NCBI GenBank assembly: GCA_037927135.1
Contig: JAXSPP010000008.1
Location: 1 to 64,000 of the forward strand
Length of the DNA stretch: 64,000 nt
Direction of reading: 5' to 3'
From: Candidatus Pampinifervens sinense
GTDB taxonomy: Bacteria > Aquificota > Aquificia > Aquificales > Aquificaceae
Shown here: positions 46,922 to 57,756 of the stretch, piece after piece
How positions within the stretch are numbered: position 1 is the first letter of the stretch
Layout of the letters: every line of letters begins with the position of its first letter
Program-made: the position numbers and the translations under genes
Notes under the pieces: generated by a model
What the model saw: the letters and a program-made list of their open reading frames with translations, nothing else
The model's database searches: none
Told to the model about the DNA's origin: nothing

Positions 46922-47815
46922 ATGCTATACCCTTCTTATCTGAACCTTACAGAAAAGGACTGGCAAGAGAGGATAGAAAAGGCCCTTGGTATGCTTAAAA
47001 GCTGTAGGGTCTGCCCCCACAGATGCGGAGTAAACAGGTTGGAAGGGGAGCTGGGCTATTGCAAAACGGGAAGGTATGCAATTGTAGCAGACTACTTTCC
47101 TCATAGGGGGGAGGAAAGGCCTATAAGGGGCAAAAGGGGCTCTGGCACCGTTTTCTTCTCTTACTGTAATATGAGATGTGTATACTGTCAAAACTACACC
47201 ATAAGCCAGCTAGGGGAGGGAGAAGAGGTAAGGCCGGAAGAGCTGGCGGAGATATTTTTGACATTGCAGAGGCTTGGCTGTCATAACATAAACCTGGTTA
47301 GCCCCTCCCATGTGGTGCCACAGATATTGGAGGCCCTCTATTTGGCTGTAAAGAAGGGCCTTAGAATACCCATAGTCTATAACACCTCTTCTTACGATAG
47401 CTTGGAGAGCTTGAAGCTCCTTGATGGCATAGTGGATATATACCTTGCGGACTTTAAATACGGAGATAGCGCCACAGGAAGAAAGTATTCAAAGGTAAAG
47501 GGCTACTATGAGGTGGCCTTAGAGGCCATAAGGGAGATGCACAGACAAGTGGGAGACCTCAAGGTGGATGAGGAGGGCATAGCCATAAGGGGCCTGCTTA
47601 TAAGACACCTTATCCTTCCAAACGGCCTTGCTGGCACAAAAAAGGTTTTAGAAAGCCTCAAAGAAATTTCTCCGCAAACTTACATAAACATCATGGACCA
47701 ATATAGGCCCTATTATAAGGCCTACGACTACCCAGAACTTTCAAGAAGGATATATTATAAAGAATACCAGGAGGCTTTGGACCTGGCAAAAGGCTTTAAA
47801 CTGGTCTTAGACTAG
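46922..47815 (+). CDS. PflX-like radical SAM protein (uncharacterised)
   Basis: CRVCPHRCGVNR, H.GEE..I.G..GSGTVFF, CNMRCVYCQN, RHLILP. Confidence 0.88.
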   Translation: MLYPSYLNLTEKDWQERIEKALGMLKSCRVCPHRCGVNRLEGELGYCKTGRYAIVADYFPHRGEERPIRGKRGSGTVFFSYCNMRCVYCQNYTISQLGEGEEVRPEELAEIFLTLQRLGCHNINLVSPSHVVPQILEALYLAVKKGLRIPIVYNTSSYDSLESLKLLDGIVDIYLADFKYGDSATGRKYSKVKGYYEVALEAIREMHRQVGDLKVDEEGIAIRGLLIRHLILPNGLAGTKKVLESLKEISPQTYINIMDQYRPYYKAYDYPELSRRIYYKEYQEALDLAKGFKLVLD

Positions 47816-47816
47816 T

Positions 47817-49169
47817 ATGATAAAGCAAAGGGAGCCCATAGTTGCCATAGCCACACCCTTTGGAGAGAGCGCCATAGGGGCCATAAGGCTCTCTGGCCTT
47901 GATGTGATGAACAAGATAAGGGACCTAATTGTTATGAAAGGAGAGCCAAGGCCCAGGTATGCCCACTTTATAAAACTAAAGGATGAAAAGGGTGAGATAT
48001 TGGATGAGGGCATTCTCATATACTATCCTTCTCCCAAAAGCTACACGGGAGAAGATATGGTGGAGATATTTTTACATGGCAATCCCCTCATCCTAAGAAA
48101 GGCCCTAGAGCTTTTCATCTCAAAGGGCATAAGGCTTGCAGAGCCGGGAGAGTTTACCAAAAGGGCCTTTTTGAACGGAAAGATGGACCTACTTCAAGCG
48201 GAGGCGGTGGCAGACCTCATTGGCTCCAAATCAGAAAGGGCCCTAAAGGCAGCCCAAAGGCAGCTTCAAGGAGAGCTATCTTCTCTTATAAACTCTTTGA
48301 GAGAAAGGCTGCTTGAAATACTTGCCTATGTGGAAGCTGACATAGAGTTTTCTGAAGAGGACATTCCAACTTTAAGTAAAGAACAGATAATTTACCTTTT
48401 AAAAGACATAGTTCAAAGCGTAGAAAGGCTCCTTTCAACGGTAAGAACGGGAGAGTATTTAAGAAGAGGTATAAACCTTGCCATAGTGGGGAAGCCCAAC
48501 GTGGGCAAATCTTCCCTCTTTAACGCCCTTTTGGGGACAGAAAGGGCCATAACCACACCCATACCGGGGACCACAAGGGACTTTCTCCAAGAGAGCCTTA
48601 CTCTAAAAGGTATACCCATAAACCTTATAGACACTGCGGGCATAAGGCACACGGATGATCCAGTAGAAAGGATAGGTGTGGAAAGGAGCTTGCAAAAACT
48701 CAAAAGCGCCGATATGGTCCTCTTTGTTGTGGACGGAAGTAAGCCTTTGGAGGATGAGGATTTATACATATACAGGTTGGTAGAGCCTTTGGAGCACCTG
48801 GTAATCATAAACAAGATAGATCTGCCTGTGGAGGAGGAAGTGGTAAAGGCTTTCCCAAAGGCTTTGAAAGTTAGCGCGCTAAGGGGTGAAGGTATAGAGG
48901 AGCTAAAGGAGGCCATCTTGGAGAAGTTGGGTGTTTATGCTGTTGACAGCATGCATGTTTATATATCTGTAAGGCATGAAACCCTCTTGAAAAAATCAAA
49001 GGAGGTGTTAAAATCAATAATAGACAGGCTGGAAAAGGAAGACATCTTCCCTGAGATACTTATGCTTGACCTTAGGGAAGCTATAAGTTATTTGGAAGAG
49101 ATAGTAGGGGTGATAAGCACAGAAGATATCCTTGGAAGCATATTTTCAAGGTTTTGCATAGGAAAATAA
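47817..49169 (+). CDS. mnmE: tRNA U34 modification GTPase MnmE
   Basis: IATP, GEFTKRAFLNGK, GKPNVGKSS, GTTRD, DTAG, FCIGK. Confidence 0.97.
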   Translation: MIKQREPIVAIATPFGESAIGAIRLSGLDVMNKIRDLIVMKGEPRPRYAHFIKLKDEKGEILDEGILIYYPSPKSYTGEDMVEIFLHGNPLILRKALELFISKGIRLAEPGEFTKRAFLNGKMDLLQAEAVADLIGSKSERALKAAQRQLQGELSSLINSLRERLLEILAYVEADIEFSEEDIPTLSKEQIIYLLKDIVQSVERLLSTVRTGEYLRRGINLAIVGKPNVGKSSLFNALLGTERAITTPIPGTTRDFLQESLTLKGIPINLIDTAGIRHTDDPVERIGVERSLQKLKSADMVLFVVDGSKPLEDEDLYIYRLVEPLEHLVIINKIDLPVEEEVVKAFPKALKVSALRGEGIEELKEAILEKLGVYAVDSMHVYISVRHETLLKKSKEVLKSIIDRLEKEDIFPEILMLDLREAISYLEEIVGVISTEDILGSIFSRFCIGK

Positions 49170-49186
49170 AAAGGAGGTTGTAGATT

Positions 49187-50473
49187 ATGGAACAAACCCA
49201 AGAGAAAAAGATCTATACCCTTGAAGAGCTTAAAAAGATGTCTTTACAGGAGCTTCAAAAGATAGGGAGAGAGCTTGAGCTATCCAGGGTAACCGGCCTA
49301 AGAAAGGAGGAACTTATAGAGAAGATTTTGAGCGTTCAAGCGAAGGAGGAGGGCCTAAACTTCATTAAGGGTGTGCTTGAGATCTTGCCAGAAGGTTACG
49401 GCTTTATAAGGAGTTTAGAAAACAACTACATGCCTAGCTACACCGATGTGTATGTGGCACCCTCCCAGATCAAAAAGTTCGGTCTAAGAACTGGAGATAC
49501 TATAATAGGCTTTGCAAGACCACCGCAGGAGAAGGAGAAGTATCAGGCACTTATTAGGATTGAGTCGGTAAATGGGCTACCGCCCGATCCTGAGATTCTC
49601 AAATCAAGGCCACAGTTTGAAAAGCTAACACCTTACCATCCAACGGAGCGCTTCAACCTTGAAACATCACCTACAGAGCTATCCACCAGGGTAGTAAGCC
49701 TTTTGGCACCTATAGGAAAAGGACAGAGGGGTCTTATAGTGGCTCCGCCAAAGGCTGGCAAAACAGTCCTACTTCAAAAGATAGCCCAAGCTCTAATCCA
49801 AAACCATCCAGAGGTCTATCTCATAATACTTCTCATAGATGAGAGACCAGAAGAAGTGACTGAGATGCGCAGGATTGTGGGCGATGGTGCGGAAGTGGTA
49901 GCCTCTACCTTTGACGAGCCACCAGAGAGGCACATACAGGTGGCAGAGCTTGTGGTAGAAAAGGCAAAGAGGCTTGTGGAGCTAAAGCATGATGTGGTTA
50001 TCCTTTTGGACTCCATGACACGTTTTGGAAGGGCTGCCAACGCTGTGACTCCACCCACCGGTAGGGTGCTTACCGGTGGTATAGAGGCCACAGCCCTTCA
50101 AAGGCCCAAAAAGTTCTTCGGTGCGGCAAGGAACATAGAGGAAGGTGGATCTCTCACCATAATAGCCACAGCCCTCATAGAGACAGGATCCAAGATGGAT
50201 GATGTTATATACGAAGAGTTCAAGGGCACGGGCAATATGGAGATACACCTGGACAGAAGGCTCATGGAGAGGAGGATATTCCCTGCCATAAACATAGAGA
50301 AGTCTGGCACAAGAAAAGAGGAGCTACTTTTGGAAGACTGGGAGCTCCAAAGGATTTGGGTCCTAAGGAAGTTCTTGGCCACCATGGACCCTATAGAAGC
50401 CATGGAGTTCCTCCTTGACAAGCTCAAGAAGTTTAAGACAAACAGGGATTTTCTGAAGGCGATGCACTCGTGA
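49187..50473 (+). CDS. rho: Transcription termination factor Rho
   Basis: [37 protein letters not shown]. Confidence 0.98.
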   Translation: MEQTQEKKIYTLEELKKMSLQELQKIGRELELSRVTGLRKEELIEKILSVQAKEEGLNFIKGVLEILPEGYGFIRSLENNYMPSYTDVYVAPSQIKKFGLRTGDTIIGFARPPQEKEKYQALIRIESVNGLPPDPEILKSRPQFEKLTPYHPTERFNLETSPTELSTRVVSLLAPIGKGQRGLIVAPPKAGKTVLLQKIAQALIQNHPEVYLIILLIDERPEEVTEMRRIVGDGAEVVASTFDEPPERHIQVAELVVEKAKRLVELKHDVVILLDSMTRFGRAANAVTPPTGRVLTGGIEATALQRPKKFFGAARNIEEGGSLTIIATALIETGSKMDDVIYEEFKGTGNMEIHLDRRLMERRIFPAINIEKSGTRKEELLLEDWELQRIWVLRKFLATMDPIEAMEFLLDKLKKFKTNRDFLKAMHS

Positions 50474-51513
50474 TAAACATAATTGAGTACCAAAAGAATC
50501 TTTCACAAAAGACCTTAAAAAGGGTAAACCTTGTCTTTGGTGAAGAGGAATACCTCGTAAAAACTCTTTTAGACAAACTAAGAAATCTATACCCTGTTAG
50601 CATCATTTGGGGGGATGAAGTATCTTTGCAGGACTTTGAAAGGACCATTACCACTGGAGGAATATTTGGAAAGGAAGAGATCCTGTTTGTCTACAAAGCT
50701 ATGGACCTCTTTGAAGAGATAAAGGATTATAAAAGGTTTTCTTCCTTCCTTAGTAAAGTAAGGGACAAGTTTATCTTCTTCTATGTTGAGACAAAGCTTA
50801 CCGATAAGGACCTCCAAAAGGAGCCCTTTTCTACCATAGCAAAGCTTGGAGACATTATAAGCGCCAACAAGCTTGATAGAAGAAGGATAAGAGAACTTGT
50901 AAAAAATAAGCTTCAAAAGGAGGGCATTAGCATAGAGGACTCTGCCCTTGATTACCTCCTTGAGGCCACCTCTTACCAGCTTATGATTTTAAAAAACGAA
51001 ACGGACAAGCTTGTACTATATGGAAAGCCCAAGCTAACCCTTGAGGACATAAAGGCCGTGTTGGTGTCAGACCTGGAGATGAGCGTTTTTGATTTTGCGG
51101 ATGGTATATTTCTAAAGGACTATGAGAAGGCCTTGGACTCTTTAAATGCCGTTTTGAGGTCTGGCATGCATCCCCTTCAGGTCCTTACCCTTTTGACCAA
51201 TTACGCTTTGAAGCTATACACCGCCAAAAACCTCATAGAAGAAGGGAAAAAGCCAGAGGAGGCCCTAAGCTTGGTGGATGTAAAGCATCCCTTCCAAGTG
51301 CTCAACTTCAAAAGATACCTTGAGAAGAACTCCAAGGAAGAGCTGTTGTCTTTGCTGAGAAGGCTTTACCTTTTGGACATAAGCATAAAGGTCTATTTTT
51401 CCGATCCAGCCACATCTTTGAGGAACTTTGTGGTAGAATACATGCTAAATGAGGAAGTCGTATATCAGGAGGCAAACGCGGGAGACCAAGATAGAGCTGA
51501 GTCTGAATCTTGA
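50470..51513 (+). CDS. holA: DNA polymerase III delta subunit
   Basis: [29 protein letters not shown]. Confidence 0.8.
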   Translation: MINIIEYQKNLSQKTLKRVNLVFGEEEYLVKTLLDKLRNLYPVSIIWGDEVSLQDFERTITTGGIFGKEEILFVYKAMDLFEEIKDYKRFSSFLSKVRDKFIFFYVETKLTDKDLQKEPFSTIAKLGDIISANKLDRRRIRELVKNKLQKEGISIEDSALDYLLEATSYQLMILKNETDKLVLYGKPKLTLEDIKAVLVSDLEMSVFDFADGIFLKDYEKALDSLNAVLRSGMHPLQVLTLLTNYALKLYTAKNLIEEGKKPEEALSLVDVKHPFQVLNFKRYLEKNSKEELLSLLRRLYLLDISIKVYFSDPATSLRNFVVEYMLNEEVVYQEANAGDQDRAESES

Positions 51514-52027
51514 CGGGGAGGGAAATTACAAGGTAGAGACTCCTGTAGGCTTTCTCACCCATATGGTAGAGACCTTGGCAAGGCACGCAAGGTTTGACAT
51601 AGAACTTTATGCGGAGGGAGATGTGCATGTATCCCACCACCACACGGTAGAGGATGTGGGTATTGTACTTGGCAAGGCCTTTCTTGAAGCCCTTGGAGAC
51701 AAAAAGGGAATAAACCGCTATGGCTATGCCATAGTGCCTATGGACGAGGCCCTTGTTTTAGCAAGTATAGACCTCTCCGGAAGACCTCTATTTTTCTATG
51801 AAGATCTGGGGCTGAGGGGCAAGATAACAGACTTTGACTTTGAACTCATATGGGAGTTTTTCAAAGGCTTTGCCCTTGAGAGTAAAAGCACCCTTCATAT
51901 AAGGGTAATTTCTGGGAAGATACTTCACCATGTGGCTGAGGCCTCTTTTAAAGCCTTTGCCCTTAGCCTAAGGCAGGCTGTGAGCATAGTAGGAGGTAAG
52001 CTTCCCTCTACAAAGGAAAGCCTTTGA
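51449..52027 (+). CDS. hisB: Imidazoleglycerol-phosphate dehydratase
   Basis: [32 protein letters not shown]. Confidence 0.96.
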   Translation: MRKSYIRRQTRETKIELSLNLDGEGNYKVETPVGFLTHMVETLARHARFDIELYAEGDVHVSHHHTVEDVGIVLGKAFLEALGDKKGINRYGYAIVPMDEALVLASIDLSGRPLFFYEDLGLRGKITDFDFELIWEFFKGFALESKSTLHIRVISGKILHHVAEASFKAFALSLRQAVSIVGGKLPSTKESL

Positions 52028-53122
52028 TCATTCATAGACTATAAAACCATACACATTCATATTCCAAAGTCTTTCAAGTTCCCTTCTCGCTTCCTCTCTT
52101 GTGCTAAAGCTACCATAGATTACTTTAAACATGCCAGATCCTTCTAAAACCTCTACATCTTTTAACCTTAGATCCCTTTCAAGCTTTTCTTTCCATTTTT
52201 CTGCAGATTCTCGGGAAGAAAAAGCCCCAAGCTGGATTTTATATGTTTTGGTCCTTTTCTGATTAAGCTGATATGTTTTTATCTCCTGATTCTGTTGGTT
52301 TATCTCATTCATTTTTTCCTTTTCTGTTTCCCTAAAAGGTTCCTCTTTCTGTGACTTTTGTTTTTGGATCTCTGCTATAAGTACCTGGTTTAGAAGTTCA
52401 TAAGCCTGAGTTTTAAGTTGAGGTACTGTACGCCTATCTTCCAATACCTTCTTTATATAACCCTTGGCTAAAGTGTAGTTTCCGAGTTTATATTCTATTC
52501 TTGCAAGGCTAAAGTTTAAATTGGGGTCATTTATACCATTGTTTATAAGGTTTTGGTATACCTCCTTTGCAGAATTGTAGTCTCCTTCCAACTCATAGGC
52601 TTGGGCAAGCTCCAGCTGTGCATCTATAAACATGGGGTTGTAGGCTACCGCTTTCCTCAGGTTATTTATATACTCACGCCTGTTGCCGATAGCTTGATGA
52701 ACCTTTCCAAGATAATAAAAAGCCATATGTTTTTGCGGAAAAGCCTCATCCTGCAAAACTTCTTTAAGCGTGCTTATGGCCCTTTCATAATCGGCTTGTC
52801 TGTAGTAGAGAATGCCAAGGTTTAGCTTAGCCTCCGTAAACCTTTTGTCCACCTCAAGGGTTTTCAAAAAGGCGCTTTCTGATTTTTTATACTCTTGAAC
52901 CTCCATATAGGCTAAACCTAAGGCGTTCCACACCTTTGGTTCATTGGGTGCAAGCTGAGAAGCTATAAAAAAGTTGGCTATGGCCTCTGAGTAGTTTTTT
53001 GCTATATAAGAGGACATACCAAGGTCATAGTGATATTGCCACTTTACCTTTTTTTCCTCTTCCTGTGGTGTGGCACAGGAAAGAACAAGGGAAAGTAAGA
53101 GAAGGAAAATAAGCCTCTTCAT
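52028..53122 (-). CDS. TPR lipoprotein (PilF/PilW-like) with C-terminal SPOR domain
   Basis: LVLSC lipobox, TPRs, YKIQLGAFSS...GSFSTREEA. Confidence 0.85.
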   Translation of the reverse strand: MKRLIFLLLLSLVLSCATPQEEEKKVKWQYHYDLGMSSYIAKNYSEAIANFFIASQLAPNEPKVWNALGLAYMEVQEYKKSESAFLKTLEVDKRFTEAKLNLGILYYRQADYERAISTLKEVLQDEAFPQKHMAFYYLGKVHQAIGNRREYINNLRKAVAYNPMFIDAQLELAQAYELEGDYNSAKEVYQNLINNGINDPNLNFSLARIEYKLGNYTLAKGYIKKVLEDRRTVPQLKTQAYELLNQVLIAEIQKQKSQKEEPFRETEKEKMNEINQQNQEIKTYQLNQKRTKTYKIQLGAFSSRESAEKWKEKLERDLRLKDVEVLEGSGMFKVIYGSFSTREEARRELERLWNMNVYGFIVYE

Positions 53123-53700
53123 TGTTTGATAATGGCACTGCCAAAGACTTTCCTGATTTTGCTGAGTTCCGACTCTATATTATCCGTGCGAACGATTAGC
53201 CTAACCTTATAAAAGTTGTCCTCCTCCACTACCTTTACACTATAGCCCATTTTCCTTGCCTTCTCCGCCACCTTTTTGGCATTGTCTTCTTTGGTAAAAG
53301 CACCCACTTGAACTGTATAAGTCCTTATTGGTTTTACTTTATGTTCCTTTTGTGGAACCTCTTTTTCTCCATTTATCTTATCTTTACCTCCTTCCGCTTT
53401 TGCCACAGATTCCTTACTCGCCTTTTCTTTCTCTTCCCTTATCTTTTTAGCCAAAAGGTCCTCCTTTTCTTCTTGCTTGGGTGTGGGCTTGGCCTCTTGC
53501 TTAGCTTCTTCCTTCTTCACTTCTTGCTTTTCCGTAGGTGGTGTTTGTGTTTGCTGCGTTTGAGGTGATGTGGGCTTTACCACCACGGGTGGTGGGCTAA
53601 CCTGTTCTTCTTTGCTCTTCAACCATTCGTTTAGACCAAGATAGAAGAATATAAGGGCTACAAGTATTCCCAAGAGTATGATCAACCTTTCCCTCTTCAC
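53119..53700 (-). CDS. Bitopic SPOR-domain protein (FtsN/DedD-like)
   Basis: N-terminal TM, P/Q/E/K linker, YTVQVGAF..EDNA. Confidence 0.85.
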   Translation of the reverse strand: MKRERLIILLGILVALIFFYLGLNEWLKSKEEQVSPPPVVVKPTSPQTQQTQTPPTEKQEVKKEEAKQEAKPTPKQEEKEDLLAKKIREEKEKASKESVAKAEGGKDKINGEKEVPQKEHKVKPIRTYTVQVGAFTKEDNAKKVAEKARKMGYSVKVVEEDNFYKVRLIVRTDNIESELSKIRKVFGSAIIKQ

Positions 53701-53714
53701 CTTTCTTTCCTCCC

Positions 53715-54656
53715 TTAGTTAATTATAAACCCTCTAAACCACTCTATTGTTTTTTTCAGGCCTTCTTCCAAAGAAGTTTGTGGCCACCAATTTAGCAACC
53801 TCTTTGCCTTACTTATATCTGGACACCTCCTTGGTGGGTCATCAGGCCTTGGGGGAAGAAACTCTATCTTGGATGAGGACCCAGTAAGCTCAATGATCTT
53901 TTTAGCCAAATCTAACACCCTTATCTCCTCAGGATTTCCCAAGTTTATCACCTCACCTTTTAAGCCATCCTCTACCGAAAGCCTAAAGAGCCCTTCCACA
54001 AGGTCATCTATGTAGCAAAAACTCCTGGTTTGAGATCCATCACCGTATATGGGAAGGCTTTCGCCCTTTAGGGCCTTTTCTATAAAGGTTGGTATTACCC
54101 TTCCATCTCCCCTTCTCATACGAGGACCGTAGGTGTTAAAGATCCTTGCTATCCTCACATCAAGGCCATGCTCTCTACAGTAAGCCATGCATAGGGCTTC
54201 TGAGAACCTCTTTGCCTCATCGTAAACACTCCTTGGTCCTATTGGGTTCACATAGCCCCAATAATCTTCCGGTTGAGGGTGCACCTGTGCAGTCCCATAA
54301 ACCTCGGAAGAAGAAGCAAAAACATAACGGGCCCTTTTTAGCTTGGCAAGACCAAGGGTGTTTAGTGTTCCAAGGGAGTCCACCTTCATGGTGTGTATGG
54401 GGTGGTTCATGTAGTCTACTGGAGAGGCAGGACAGGCAAGATGGACCACCAGGTCCACAGGCCCTTCCACATAGATGTAATTGACCACATTGTAGTGTAT
54501 AAAGTGGAAGTTTTTGTTTCCAAAAAGGTGGGCTATGTTGTCTGGACTTCCGGTCAAAAAGTTATCCATACCTATCACATAAAAGCCTTCCTTCAAAAAC
54601 CTTTCGCAGAGGTGTGAGCCTATAAAGCCGGCCACCCCCGTTATCAAAACCCTCAT
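53715..54656 (-). CDS. UDP-glucuronate decarboxylase (UDP-xylose synthase family)
   Basis: [40 protein letters not shown]. Confidence 0.9.
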   Translation of the reverse strand: MRVLITGVAGFIGSHLCERFLKEGFYVIGMDNFLTGSPDNIAHLFGNKNFHFIHYNVVNYIYVEGPVDLVVHLACPASPVDYMNHPIHTMKVDSLGTLNTLGLAKLKRARYVFASSSEVYGTAQVHPQPEDYWGYVNPIGPRSVYDEAKRFSEALCMAYCREHGLDVRIARIFNTYGPRMRRGDGRVIPTFIEKALKGESLPIYGDGSQTRSFCYIDDLVEGLFRLSVEDGLKGEVINLGNPEEIRVLDLAKKIIELTGSSSKIEFLPPRPDDPPRRCPDISKAKRLLNWWPQTSLEEGLKKTIEWFRGFIIN

Positions 54657-55957
54657 CTTCCTGTAGGATAGTATTCAAAGCCCAAGGCTCTTACATCCTT
54701 TGGCTCAAAGATGTTCCTTCCATCTATTATTATGGGAAGCTCCATAAGCTCCTTTACCCTTTTTAGGTCTGCCCTTACAAACTCATCCCACTCGGTAAGT
54801 ATAAGAAGGGCGCTAGCACCTTCCACCGCAGAGTACATATCCTTTGCATAGCTTACCTGCTTGCCTTCTGGGAAGACAAGCTTGAAGTTTTCCATAGCCT
54901 TGGGGTCATAGAGGGAAAGATAGGCACCTTCCCTTAAGAGCATATCCACCACCTTCAAAGATGGTGCCTCCCTTATGTCGTCCGTGTTCGGCTTAAAGGA
55001 AAGGCCCCAGACTGCAAGCCTTTTATCCCGTAAGCTCCAAAGCACATTCTTTACCTTTTCCACAAACTTTACAGGCCTCTCCTGGTTTATCCTTTCCACC
55101 TCCCTCAAGAGCCCAAAGTCAAGGCCATAATCTTGAGCCATCCTTATAAAGGCTTTTACATCCTTTGGAAAGCAAGAGCCTCCATACCCAATGCCTGCAT
55201 TGAGAAAGGCCCTACCTATACGCTTATCGTAGCCCATGCCATCGGCCACAAGCTTTACATCCGCACCCACCTTTTCACAAAGGTCTGCTATCATGTTTAT
55301 AAAGGATATCTTCATAGCCAAAAAGGAGTTGCTGGCATGCTTTATAAGCTCTGCCGTGGCAGGGTCTGTGTAGATGATAGGACATTTAAAGTCCTTGTAG
55401 AGCTCTTCAAAGATCTCCTTTGCCCTTTGGCTTTCCAAACCTATCACTATACGGTCTGGATTTAAAAAGTCCTCTATGGCCGATCCCTCTCTCAAAAACT
55501 CTGGATTGGAGGCCACATCGTAGGGTATGTTTGGGTCCTTTAGGTATCTTTGCACCGTCTTCTTTATGAGCTTGTGTGTATTTACTGGCACCGTGGACTT
55601 TTCTATGAGTAGCTTGTAAGATTTCATTATCTTTGCCGTTTCCCTTGCCACCTCTTCTACCTGTGAGAGGTCTGCGGAGCCATCGGGCCTCTGTGGTGTT
55701 CCCACGCATATAAAGATCACATCGGAAAAATCAAGCCCTTCCTTTAGGCTTGTGGTAAAGCTTATCCTCCCCTTCTGGAGGTTCTCTTTTAGAAGCTCTT
55801 CAAGCCCAGGCTCGTAGATGGGCGATTTGCCAGACCTTAGCATTTCCACCTTTTGTGGAACCTTTTCCACCACCATTACCTCGTGGCCCAAATGGGCAAA
55901 ACAAACACCCGTAGTAAGCCCTACGTATCCTCCACCCACAACCGTTATCCTCATCAC
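54653..55957 (-). CDS. ugd: UDP-glucose 6-dehydrogenase
   Basis: [42 protein letters not shown]. Confidence 0.95.
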   Translation of the reverse strand: MMRITVVGGGYVGLTTGVCFAHLGHEVMVVEKVPQKVEMLRSGKSPIYEPGLEELLKENLQKGRISFTTSLKEGLDFSDVIFICVGTPQRPDGSADLSQVEEVARETAKIMKSYKLLIEKSTVPVNTHKLIKKTVQRYLKDPNIPYDVASNPEFLREGSAIEDFLNPDRIVIGLESQRAKEIFEELYKDFKCPIIYTDPATAELIKHASNSFLAMKISFINMIADLCEKVGADVKLVADGMGYDKRIGRAFLNAGIGYGGSCFPKDVKAFIRMAQDYGLDFGLLREVERINQERPVKFVEKVKNVLWSLRDKRLAVWGLSFKPNTDDIREAPSLKVVDMLLREGAYLSLYDPKAMENFKLVFPEGKQVSYAKDMYSAVEGASALLILTEWDEFVRADLKRVKELMELPIIIDGRNIFEPKDVRALGFEYYPTGR

Positions 55958-57609
55958 ATCCTCTCCGGTGCATCTATTCCTAAGATTTCAAAGGCGGTTT
56001 TTAAGGTTATCTCCACCCCCTTAAAAAGGGCAAGCCTTGAAAGCATTGTGTTTTTGTCCTCCACCATTACCCTATGGTGGTTGTAATAGTGATGGAAGTC
56101 CTTAGCAAGGTCCAAGAGGGCGTAGGTGATAAGGTGTGGAGAAAAGGTGCTGAGAACACCTTCATAGACATCCTTCAAATAAAGGCATCTTTTCATAAGC
56201 CCAAGATCCTCTTGAGAGTTAAGATGCTTTACATAAGGCACAAGGTCCTCCTTGTCCGCATCTATGCCATACCTTTCCTTTACCTCTCTGAACACTCCCC
56301 TCACCCTTGCATGGGCATATTGCACATAAAAGACAGGGTTTTCTGATGTCTTTTTCTTCACAAGGTCTATATCAAAGTCAAGGGGTGTGTCGCTACTCCT
56401 TGTCAAAAAGACAAACCTTACCGCATCTTTTCCTACTTCTTCCAAAAGGTCTTCAAGGGTTATAAACTCGCCCGTCCTTTTGGACATCCTCACCTCTTGC
56501 CCCTCACTTATGAGCCTTACCATCTGCACAAACTCCACTACAAGCCAATCCTCTGGAATGCCAAGGGCCTTCAAGGCCCCCATTAGTCTTTTCTCATACC
56601 CATGGTGATCTGCACCCCAAAGGTTTATAACCTTTTCAAAGCCCCTTTTGAACTTCTCATAATGATAAGCGATGTCTCCAGCAAAGTAAGTGTAAGATCC
56701 ATCGGACTTTTTCAAAACTCTATCCTTGTCGTCGCCAAAGGCACTGCTTTTGAACCAAAGGGCTCCATCCTTCTCATACACATAGCCCCTCCTTTCTAGC
56801 TCCCTTATCACCTCCTCCACCAAACCCTTCTCGTAGAGGCTCCTTTCACTAAACCACACATCAAAGGCCACATCCATACTATCAAGGGTCTCTTTTATAT
56901 CCTCCAGAAGTCTCCTGTAGGCGTATTCTTTGGCTATGTTTATAGCCTCTTCAATAGGCATATGAAGGATCTTCTCTCCATAGAAGGCCTTTAGGTCCTT
57001 GGCAAACCTTATTACATACTTGCCCTTATAGCCTTCCTCTTCAAAGGACTTTTTTAAGCTTTCTTCCTCCTTCCCAAAAAGCTCATAGTATCTATAAACC
57101 ACCGAAAGGCCAAGCATATAGACCTGATTGCCAGCATCGTTTATATAGTATTCCCTTACTACCTTGTGGCCAAACCTTTTGAGGATTTTGCTTAGCACAT
57201 CACCCACCACCGCGCCCCTTCCATGTCCCACATGCAAAGGACCAGTAGGGTTGGCGCTTACAAACTCCACCTGCATATAAAGAGGCCTTTCCACAGGTTC
57301 AAAAAAGTAAGAGCTACCCTCCTTAAAAAGCCTTGAAAACTCCTCTTGCAAAAAGCCCTCTTTTAGCCTTATGTTTATAAAGCCCTTTAGAGCCTCTGCA
57401 GAAAAACTTTCGTTGCTGAGCCTTTGAGCTACCTCTTGGGCTATCTCCTGAGGGTTCCTCCTTAAGCTTTTTGCAAGCAGAAAGGCTACGTTGGTAGCAT
57501 AGTCTCCATAGCTTTCTTCCCTTGGTGGCTCAAGGCTAAAGCCGTTTATCTCTGTAGAGTATAGGGCTTTTATTGTCTCCAGCAGGGCTTTTTTTACCTT
57601 TTCTTTCAT
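55954..57609 (-). CDS. argS: Arginine--tRNA ligase
   Basis: GDYATN, EFVSANPTGPLHVGHGR, WGADHHGY, MSKRTG, YVQYAHAR, APERM. Confidence 0.97.
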   Translation of the reverse strand: MKEKVKKALLETIKALYSTEINGFSLEPPREESYGDYATNVAFLLAKSLRRNPQEIAQEVAQRLSNESFSAEALKGFINIRLKEGFLQEEFSRLFKEGSSYFFEPVERPLYMQVEFVSANPTGPLHVGHGRGAVVGDVLSKILKRFGHKVVREYYINDAGNQVYMLGLSVVYRYYELFGKEEESLKKSFEEEGYKGKYVIRFAKDLKAFYGEKILHMPIEEAINIAKEYAYRRLLEDIKETLDSMDVAFDVWFSERSLYEKGLVEEVIRELERRGYVYEKDGALWFKSSAFGDDKDRVLKKSDGSYTYFAGDIAYHYEKFKRGFEKVINLWGADHHGYEKRLMGALKALGIPEDWLVVEFVQMVRLISEGQEVRMSKRTGEFITLEDLLEEVGKDAVRFVFLTRSSDTPLDFDIDLVKKKTSENPVFYVQYAHARVRGVFREVKERYGIDADKEDLVPYVKHLNSQEDLGLMKRCLYLKDVYEGVLSTFSPHLITYALLDLAKDFHHYYNHHRVMVEDKNTMLSRLALFKGVEITLKTAFEILGIDAPERM

Positions 57610-57703
57610 TATTAAATATTTTACACACAGAAAACCTTGCTAAAAACTCCAGTGCGTCCCTGTTTAGAAATATGATGGCAAAAAGCAAGATCAAAATATG
57701 CTG

Positions 57704-57730
57704 AAAATCATATGATTTTTGGGCTATAAT
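57704..57730 (+). promoter_or_regulatory. 16-bp palindrome just upstream of the TATAAT -10 box of sucCD
   Basis: AAAATCATATGATTTT (57704-57719); TATAAT 57725-57730. Confidence 0.55.
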
Positions 57731-57756
57731 TGTTTAACTAAACTCAGGAGGCTGGC

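Noticed and set aside
57675-57690. sigma54 promoter upstream of sucC (TGGCAAAAAGCAAG)
   Set aside because: GG-to-GC spacing is not 10 nt
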